31,461 nucleotides of DNA from Leptospirales bacterium (GTDB lineage: Bacteria; Spirochaetota; Leptospiria; Turneriellales; JAOUFE01), in NCBI GenBank assembly GCA_040326155.1, contig JBEQLE010000049.1:1-31461 (forward strand), read 5' to 3'. Within the stretch, counting starts at the first letter, position 1. Each line of letters starts with the position of its first letter. The notes beneath the pieces are model-generated. The model was not told where the DNA came from and did not search any database. It was given only the letters and a program-made list of their open reading frames with translations. Shown piece by piece: positions 1 to 8,100 of this stretch. The translations under genes were made by a program, and so were the position numbers.

Positions 1-1
1 G

Positions 2-444
2 ATGAATCGTGGTACCGGTTCTTTTAATAATTTTCAGGTGAAACTGAGCTGTGCCCCGGCGGCCGATTTTACGATGAACTCGGTTGTAAACAGTTTGCCA
101 AATGGTTTTACACTGCATTCACCAGCGCCGAATCCCCATACTTTTGCACTTGCCGACTGGGCCAAACCTGTTGATATTATAAACGAAATAACTTCTGATC
201 TGGACGGAGCCTACTCTATAACGTTAACTCCTTCAGATGTAAGTTACCCGTCAGAAACTGTCTATTTTGAAGATTCTCCGATGAAACGAGTTACTATCAC
301 TACCACAGGCGTTCTTGCTGCCGGTGAATCTTATGAAATACAAAACTTCACCGATAAAAAAGAGATCGCCTCTTTAGGAAGTTCCATCTGGTGGGCGGTA
401 AATGGCGACCCTTATGCTTTTGAAATTTCCAGGCAGCCAGCGGG
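2..444 (+). repeat. Paralogous direct repeat, copy 1 (matches ~5992-6440)
   Basis: Visual alignment at offset ~5990. Long identical stretches (e.g. aatggttttacactgcattcaccagcgcc) with mostly synonymous differences; similarity decays near 444/6440. Confidence 0.9.
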
Positions 445-3400
445 GCAGATTTGCGCTATTGCAGAGGTACCGTTTGGTACGACCTCCACTGTAATGGCAT
501 TGACTGTGAATTGTGTGGCGGGATATGCCACATCGCAAAGTGTAAACCCGGTTCCAGAGAGTGTACTCGACTATAGAATGTACCAAGGCAAGGTAACCAC
601 TGTTGCCGGTTCCGTATTCACTATGGGATTTACGGTTCACGCAAACACTCTTTATTATAGTAATGGCGCTAACTTTTATAGTTTACCGACGGGCGGTGGA
701 GCACCCACAACATTAATTACAGGCGGCCTGTCTAATGTGACTCATGTGGTAACGGATGGTACAAATATATATTTTTCCGATTCGGGCAATAACCGGGTTG
801 TGAAATATAACATCGGCGGGGTTATCGCAGATACATTTGCAATGGGGACCGCTTTCGGGACAAATTTTCCTTCCGGGCTGGCTCTCGATATAAACAGACA
901 GATATTATACGTTTCGATTCGAGGAGTCGGGGAGCAAAGAATTCGACGAATAGATTTGCTGAGCGGAACTATGCTGGCAGACCTTTCGCATGCGGATATA
1001 AATGACCCTTCGGCGATCGTATTATTAAATGATAAACTATATGTGGCTAACTACGGCGATAACAGGATTATAGAAATAACTAATCCGCACGGTGGTACTT
1101 TAAGTACGCTTGTGATAGCGGGTGTTGATCATGGCATTGCTCCCGGAACCGCCGGTACTTTTAAAGATGGGTCGTCTTTATCGGCGCACTTTAGCCAGCC
1201 GTTCGGAATTACCACAGATGGAAACGATCTCTATATTGCGGAAACCGGGAATGACCGTATTAGAAAAATTAACATGAGAACAGACATTGTAAGTACCATT
1301 GCCGGAGACGGTAATCAGGCGAACACCGATGGTACGGGTGTAGCGGCCAGCTTTAACTCCCCAACCGGAATTGCATTTGACGGAAGAGTGATGTATGTGA
1401 GTTCCCCCGGCGGTATTCGCAAAGTCACCGACAACGGTCTTGTGGGTTACTGGCCCTTGGGCTCTGCCCAACCGGGGGTAGCGGGAAATGCGAATGATTA
1501 CAACAGTGATGGGGCTACCAGCCTCACGGGAACATGGGTAGGACCAGAGAGCTATGGTGCTGGCCGAAACAATGAAAGTAGTGGTGCTGGCCTGTTTAAT
1601 GTATCCAAGTATGTTAGCACTAAAGACATCACGATTGGAAATAACACACCCTTTGCAATATCTGCCTGGATTAATCCCACAAATCTCGACGTTAATCGGG
1701 GTATTCTTGGTGCTTCTAATTTTGAATTTTTGTTTCGTGTGGGTTTAGATGGTCATTTACAGTTTCAAAACTGGATCATCAGTGGTGCCACCAAGTATAT
1801 TAGCAAAAGTTCCGCTGGTATGATTAAAATAAATACATGGACGCATGTTGCTTATGTGTATCGCGGCGCTGGTCATGGTGGGGGGCGCGTGTATATAAAT
1901 GGACATGATGCTACTTATACACATTGGGAAGAAAATATCGGGGCCCCAATAGACCGGGCCGAAAATGTTCTGATTGGCAAAGGTTATAATCTTAGTGAAT
2001 TCGTTGGTTCCATCGCCGACGTTCGTATCTACAAACGCGCCCTCAACGAAGGCGAAATCAACGAGCTTGCGCAAGACGCCGATGAAACGTTGGTTGGCAA
2101 TAGTTATAATAAAAGCGCGACGGGGCTTTTGAGTCATTATCGTTTTGATAACGCTAATATCGGGTCAAATGGTCTCGACGACGATACTAGTGGGGTGCAG
2201 GATGACGAAATCTATGATTCTGGACCATTAAGTCATCGATTGACAAATGTTGGATTATCCACAGCAAGTATCGGAAAAGATGGCGAGAACAATGGGGCAT
2301 ATTCTTATAATGGTAGTACGCAATATCTTAAAAACATAAGTTCTAACGGGCTGCCTGAAGGCGACAACCCAAGAACTCTGTGTGCCTGGATTAATCCGGC
2401 CAGCTATCCAACTGTAGGTTCCAATTCTGTTCCGGCAGGTTATGGGTTTGCCGGAACAAATCCCGACAAGGAGTTTGGACTGGCATTGAATTCTACAGGT
2501 CAAATCTGGCACTGGACAGGTAGTGCGCCAAGTATTATTACACCGACTCCAATACCTCTGAACACTTGGACACACATGTGTATGGATTATGACGGTGGTA
2601 CAAACGGAACAACCAGACTTTATCAAAACGGCAAACTGGTGAGTAGTGGTAATCGCACTCTTTCAACGAATGCCAATGAACCACTGACTGTTGGTGCACG
2701 AATGGATGGGGCACTGAACTTCAATGGTAAAGTCGACGATGTTCGAATCTACAACAACGTCTTGACCGCCGACCAGATTCGCCAGTTGGGCGTGCAGGTG
2801 CCAAACGGGCTGGTGGCACATTATGATTTTAATGGCGATACAAAAGATGTCAGCGGGTTTGGTAATGATTTGATTGTAGGGGCTACCTCGCCTACGCTGT
2901 CGTTAGATCGTTTCGGACAAAGTAGTAGTTATTATTTTGATAGCAGTGACTATTTTCGAACCGATGCGGTAGACACAACAACTCTTCCTTTACCGACAGG
3001 TTCAGCAGCCAGAACCCAATGCGCCTGGACAAAAGTGCTTACGGGCCAAACTGGTTTGAAGATTATCTCCCAATGGGGTGGGGGTGGCTCACGTATGTTT
3101 ACACAGCTTCGTTTTGATGCGTCAACTGAGAAGTTTGAGTTTGCCACCAACCCTGTATCAGTTTCCGCACCAATGAAACAATCGAAAGGTTTTTGGCATC
3201 ATGTCTGCGCTGTTTATGATGGAGGCACTTCCTTAAAACTATATGTAAATGGCGCTGACGTAGATTCAGCATCGACAGGCACAATATTGAGCACCCCGAA
3301 TAATACTCAGCTTTTTGTGGGTTCAGCTGGAAGCAATGTTGGTAACCGCTGGAAGGGCGACCTCGACGACGTACGTGTTTACAACCGGGCTCTGGCACAA

Positions 3401-4582
3401 AGTGAAATTCAGGCTCTGGCCGGAACCGATTTAATCAATTACCGTTTTCAATATGCAGGAGCAGATAAAGTAGGCCCCACCGCGGCGTGTGCCGGCGGTG
3501 ATCAGTCTACCGGAATTGGTCCATATACCTTTAATTTACCAGCCGCCGATGACATTTTGATTAGCGTAAATACGAACCTTCAAAGGGGTACAGCAGGCGG
3601 TGTTAGTAACAACCTGGAACTGCGTCTTTATATTGACGGTAGTAAACAGCATACGTTTTCTTATTACCGTTACTGGGGTAACACGACTTCTATGAGTACG
3701 TCTTTTGTAGTCCCTGCAATGCCACTTGGTGCGCATACGCTGGAATTGAAATACTGCGGCGACGGAACCAATAATCCCGTAATAATCGGGGCATATCCGA
3801 CCACAATTACAGCAACCGGTTTAAATAGCAGTCCGTACTTCCTGGCAAGAAATGGGTATAATCTACCCGTTGGAACTACTGCTTTGACATCCAATGTTTT
3901 TGCGTCCATTCAAGACGGGGCTAATCCCATGCAGGCAATTTATACGGCCTCAGAGAACATTTTATTGTGGCAAAACTTTTCTTTTGGCGGATTGGTGACT
4001 ACTTCAGCAAACTTCAAGCTGTCTCCGTCAACTACGGAAGACCTTATTTTCAGTACGGATGGCGGCGCGCCCATCAGTTTATTTACGTATGAACCCGTTG
4101 CCAATGGCGTAACGTATACAACCACGGCAAATTATCTGGTACCGATAGCATCAAGTATAGAAACAAAGTCGATTTATGACAATACGCTAAACCTACTGGC
4201 TTTCAAAGAACCGCCCGCCGGAAATTTTGGCAAAACACTCACTACGCCAGTTTCGACTACTTCTTTAACATACGTTCCTTTGACCAATATAAACATAACG
4301 AATAGCAAAACCTCACGTTATTTAATTTCATTTAGCGCTCTGTGGGCATATGGTTCGGCCCCGGGTCGCGGATGTGATTTTGCGTTACTAATAAATTCAA
4401 ATGAAATCACTACCTCGCTACTGCATTCGTCCAATACTTCTTTGACACCAACATCGGACATTATAACGGTAGAAAGTATTGATGCCGGTACAATCCCTGT
4501 AGAAATACAATATAAACAAAGTAGTACCAGCGGTACCTGTACAGTGCAAAGAGCTGTTTTTACAGTTATTCCTCTAGATTAA
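2..4582 (+). CDS. Giant surface protein, 5'-truncated by the window: conserved N-terminal region, NHL-type beta-propeller, 3 LamG/ConA-like domains, C-terminal beta-sandwich region
   Basis: 1526-aa ORF. It has NHL-like repeats (IYFSDSGNNRV, LYVANYGDNRI, LYIAETGNDRIRKI) and three LamG-like units (GLVGYWPL..DVRIYKRAL, GLLSHYRFD..DVRIYNNVL, GLVAHYDFN..DVRVYNRAL). The first ~145 aa match aa ~300-445 of the downstream paralog, so the ATG at 2 is internal and the gene starts upstream of the window. Confidence 0.85.
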   Translation: MNRGTGSFNNFQVKLSCAPAADFTMNSVVNSLPNGFTLHSPAPNPHTFALADWAKPVDIINEITSDLDGAYSITLTPSDVSYPSETVYFEDSPMKRVTITTTGVLAAGESYEIQNFTDKKEIASLGSSIWWAVNGDPYAFEISRQPAGQICAIAEVPFGTTSTVMALTVNCVAGYATSQSVNPVPESVLDYRMYQGKVTTVAGSVFTMGFTVHANTLYYSNGANFYSLPTGGGAPTTLITGGLSNVTHVVTDGTNIYFSDSGNNRVVKYNIGGVIADTFAMGTAFGTNFPSGLALDINRQILYVSIRGVGEQRIRRIDLLSGTMLADLSHADINDPSAIVLLNDKLYVANYGDNRIIEITNPHGGTLSTLVIAGVDHGIAPGTAGTFKDGSSLSAHFSQPFGITTDGNDLYIAETGNDRIRKINMRTDIVSTIAGDGNQANTDGTGVAASFNSPTGIAFDGRVMYVSSPGGIRKVTDNGLVGYWPLGSAQPGVAGNANDYNSDGATSLTGTWVGPESYGAGRNNESSGAGLFNVSKYVSTKDITIGNNTPFAISAWINPTNLDVNRGILGASNFEFLFRVGLDGHLQFQNWIISGATKYISKSSAGMIKINTWTHVAYVYRGAGHGGGRVYINGHDATYTHWEENIGAPIDRAENVLIGKGYNLSEFVGSIADVRIYKRALNEGEINELAQDADETLVGNSYNKSATGLLSHYRFDNANIGSNGLDDDTSGVQDDEIYDSGPLSHRLTNVGLSTASIGKDGENNGAYSYNGSTQYLKNISSNGLPEGDNPRTLCAWINPASYPTVGSNSVPAGYGFAGTNPDKEFGLALNSTGQIWHWTGSAPSIITPTPIPLNTWTHMCMDYDGGTNGTTRLYQNGKLVSSGNRTLSTNANEPLTVGARMDGALNFNGKVDDVRIYNNVLTADQIRQLGVQVPNGLVAHYDFNGDTKDVSGFGNDLIVGATSPTLSLDRFGQSSSYYFDSSDYFRTDAVDTTTLPLPTGSAARTQCAWTKVLTGQTGLKIISQWGGGGSRMFTQLRFDASTEKFEFATNPVSVSAPMKQSKGFWHHVCAVYDGGTSLKLYVNGADVDSASTGTILSTPNNTQLFVGSAGSNVGNRWKGDLDDVRVYNRALAQSEIQALAGTDLINYRFQYAGADKVGPTAACAGGDQSTGIGPYTFNLPAADDILISVNTNLQRGTAGGVSNNLELRLYIDGSKQHTFSYYRYWGNTTSMSTSFVVPAMPLGAHTLELKYCGDGTNNPVIIGAYPTTITATGLNSSPYFLARNGYNLPVGTTALTSNVFASIQDGANPMQAIYTASENILLWQNFSFGGLVTTSANFKLSPSTTEDLIFSTDGGAPISLFTYEPVANGVTYTTTANYLVPIASSIETKSIYDNTLNLLAFKEPPAGNFGKTLTTPVSTTSLTYVPLTNINITNSKTSRYLISFSALWAYGSAPGRGCDFALLINSNEITTSLLHSSNTSLTPTSDIITVESIDAGTIPVEIQYKQSSTSGTCTVQRAVFTVIPLD

Positions 4583-4595
4583 TACAATAATTAAT

Positions 4596-4772
4596 AAAGG
4601 TAAAAGTGAATTTTTTCCACCGCGCGGTTTTTCGTCTTTTCCCTCGCTACGAATTTTTTGTTTGTTTTATAAAACAAACAAAAAGCTTCTACGCTACCCA
4701 ATACGATATTTTTTGGGGGCGACGTGGGTCGGTTTTTTTGTGTCGCTTCGTTCGAATTTAGTTTGAAGTTTA
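4596..4772. repeat. Structured intergenic element, copy 1
   Basis: Three blocks shared with 10125-10520: A aaagg(t)aaaagtga-N10-ccgcgcggt-N3-tcgYcttttccct; B ctac..acccaatacgatattttt; C cggttttt..gcttcgttcga-N6-tttgaagttta. It also contains a perfect 30-bp palindrome at 4655-4684. Confidence 0.8.
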
Positions 4773-4964
4773 ATAACCCCCAAAAAACGTTGTTTTGGCC
4801 GCAGCAGCCGAAAGCGGTCGCGTCAGGCTGCAAGGTCTGTCAGGTTTTTCGCACGAAAACTTGACGAGGGGGGTCTGCTTCGTGGCACACATCTATAGGT
4901 AAAACCGAAATTGTCTGCAAGATATCTACCTAAAGACGATCTACCCTGGGGTGGTGGAAGACGG

Positions 4965-5003
4965 CCCTTCGGTACAATCGATCTTTGATCGATCACTCAG
5001 GGA
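4965..5003. repeat. REP-like hairpin (cccttcg...ctcaggga)
   Basis: cccttcggtaca-atcgatc-ttt-gatcgat-cactcaggga, with an inner perfect 7-bp stem. The outer arms resemble CCCTTCG..CTCAGGG extragenic palindromes. Confidence 0.4.
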
Positions 5004-5148
5004 CCAGGTCGGCTGCAACCAGGGGCCTGGCCCCTTTTAATTCATAAAATAGATTGTTAATTTCATTGACAACATACAAGATATTAGATTTTCTGTGCAT
5101 ACATCATCCTCTACTATTACACGGATCAAAATGAGCCACATAAAACAG

Positions 5149-8100
5149 ATGAAATTTATACGAACACTTTGGTTTTGTATTCTACTCTCCGGTATGCAGT
5201 GTAGTGCTGCAAACATGATGAAGACTATATTCAAAGGCGATGGTTCCCTTATATTCAGTGAAACAGAACTGCACATTACAGAGGGTGCACTTGCTGGAAA
5301 TTTCAATATAACGCTTGCGGCAAAACCCACCCACGATGTCTCCGTTTCCCTGGCGGTTTCAGACGATTCTGAAATTATTATAGCGCCTGAGAATATAACT
5401 TTTTCTACAGATGATTATAATATTCCCCGAGTTGTCATTGTCTATGGCCTCGCCGATTGTACAACAGACGGTGATCAAAATGTCACAATTACGACCACAG
5501 AGGTAACCAGCAAAGACAGACGATTTCGTTCATCAGAGAATTCGTATCTACTCGTAAATGAAGTGGCTGTAACGGTTCGAGATAACGCTCTGAACGTTCC
5601 AGAACTGTTTTTATTGTCAGATAAAACCACCCTGGAAACTTCGGAGAGTGGTGGAAATGACAAGTTCCTGGTTTCTCTCAGTTGTGCTCCGGTTGCCAAT
5701 GTAACGGTGAACCTGGCCTCATCGAATATCGCCGAAGGCATTTTAGATACTGCTACGGTAAATCTTGATTCCAGCAATTACGCTACCGGCCAACTTGTAA
5801 CGGTAACTGGTCAGTCCGATTGTACGTTAGAGGCAGACCAAGCCTATTCGGTGAGCGCCAGTATCGCTTTGGCCGGTTTAAGTGACCCGGTGAATGACGT
5901 TGTTTTTGACGGCCTTGCAGACTCTATCGGTGTGACCAACCAGAATATCGAAATGACCAAGCAGTTGATGATTTCATCTGCAGGTACTCAAGTGAATCGT
6001 GGTAGCGGCTCTTTTAATAATTTTCAGGCGAAACTGAGCTGTGCCCCGGTGGCCGATTTTACGATGAACGCGGTTGTAAATAGTCTGCCTAATGGTTTTA
6101 CACTGCATTCACCAGCGCCAAACCCCCATACTTTTTTGCTGGCCGACTGGGCGAAACCTGTTGATATCATAAACGAAGTAACTTCTGATTTTGATGGTGC
6201 ATACTCTATAACGTTGACTCCGGCGGATGTAAGTTACCCGGCAGAAACGGTTTATTTTGTTGATTCTCCGACGAAACGAGTTACGATCACCACAGCTGGT
6301 TTAACTCCAGGTGAGTCTTATGAAATTCAGAATTTTACAGATAAAAAAGAGATCGCCTCTCTTGGTAGTTCCATTTGGTGGGCTGTGAACGGCGACCCGT
6401 ATTCTTTTAAAATATCAAGGCAACCGAATGGGCAGGTTTGTTCTATTATTACAGCGAATGTACCTGATCTGCCTCACGGTACGCTGACTGGTATTATGGA
6501 CCTGAATGTGGATTGCAAAACCGGGTACCAAGTGAACAACCAGGTATTATTGAGTGATCCAAGCGCTAAAGATAATTTTCCTGTTGGCATGTTATATACG
6601 ACCATGTTGAGTTCCACTACATATACGAACCCTACCGGCATGGCCATTGTTGGTAATACCATGTATGTGGTAGATTGGCCGGGTAATTTGTACTCAGTTC
6701 CGCTGGCCGGAGGCGCACCGTCCCCGATTGCGATTTCCGGAGGGGCTCTAAATAATCCGAGTGGTCTCGTGACGGACGGTCAATATGTCTATGTTTCCGA
6801 TCGTGGTAATCATCGAATTGTAAAAATTCTCGTGAATACGACACCTACCGCCCCAAGGGTCACCGGTGAATTAACCGTTGTGGCTGGAACCGGAGTATCC
6901 GGAACACCCGTAGATACAGCCGATCCGTTGCTTGCGCGGTTTAACCAGCCTGAAGGTTTAGTTTTAAAAGATGACTATCTATATGTGGCCGACCGCCTGA
7001 ATCATTCCATTCAAAGAGTTCACCTGCCCACGGGCGCAGTAATTTTATTTGCCGACATGGGTACGACTTGTGAGCAACCGGTTGGCCTTGCTTCGAATGA
7101 TACCTATTTGTTCGCCGCTTGTTTTGGCTCAAACAACATAGCAAAAGTCCATTTGACATCACAAGCCGTCAGTAATGTTGCCGGACTTCCCGGCGTGGGG
7201 AATTCCGGCGTTGTAGACGGGGTCGGCAATTCGGCTCGTATGACCAGCCCCACAGGTTTGGTCTATATGGGCAACACGCTTGTTTTTTCCGAGTGGAACA
7301 GCGGGTACCTTCGTCGAATTAATATTTCTAATGTGAATTCCCCGGTGGTAAAAACCGCATTGGGTCATGGTGTCGTTGCAGCCACGGTAGCGCCCGCCGA
7401 TTTTTCCCTGGTGCAGTTTAATAACGCTCAAATGCTTGCAACGGACGGTGAATCGATCTATTACTCGGACTTTAACAATAACAACATTTTGAAAATGACA
7501 CAGGGGCTCGCCGCACACTACAAATTGGCGGGTGATTTCAATGATTCCAGTGGGAATGGAAATGATGGTAATTTGATCGGTACACCAACAACAGGTGTGG
7601 ATGATCCCCATGGTGGTACGAACGCAGTGAGTGGATTTTCACTTGCTGATTATATTAAAGTAACAGACTCCCCTTCTTTGAACCCCGCTTCCCTATCGGT
7701 GTCCGTTTGGCTTAACCCGACCAGTTTGCCTGGACCTGGGGTAATCAATGTTATTCTAGGGAATAATTCGACCATACCCGGTTATTTTCTAGAGCTATAC
7801 AATGATGGAGCAAATCAACGTATATATTGGCGAGCAGGGGGTACGCCATTTTCTGTGCCGATTATCTTGCCAACGAATCAATATTCGCATATAAGCATTA
7901 CACATAATGGGCCAAGTCAAACAGCCACTCTTTATATAAACGGGATATTCATTACTTCAGCAGGATCGAGAGCAGTGGTTCCCCAGGGGCTTAATTATGA
8001 CTTACTGATTGGTCGAAGAAGCGATGGTAGTCCCGCCTTCGATGGGGCTATCTCCGACCTGCGTATATACAACCGCGCCTTAACCGCTACAGAAGTGAAT

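Noticed and set aside
4591..4833. 80-aa minus-strand ORF (and the 62-aa ORF 10144..10332)
   Set aside because: Both overlie the structured repeat, and the two element copies do not conserve a reading frame.
4895..4960. c-di-GMP-I riboswitch upstream of the adhesin-like gene
   Set aside because: Fragments (ggtaaaacc, gaaa, gcaa, cctaa) are present, but the GAAA tetraloop stem does not pair and the surrounding consensus is missing.
2..6440. Repeat pair as DGR template/variable region
   Set aside because: The differences are mostly synonymous and not adenine-specific, both copies are in N-terminal coding regions, and no reverse transcriptase is present.
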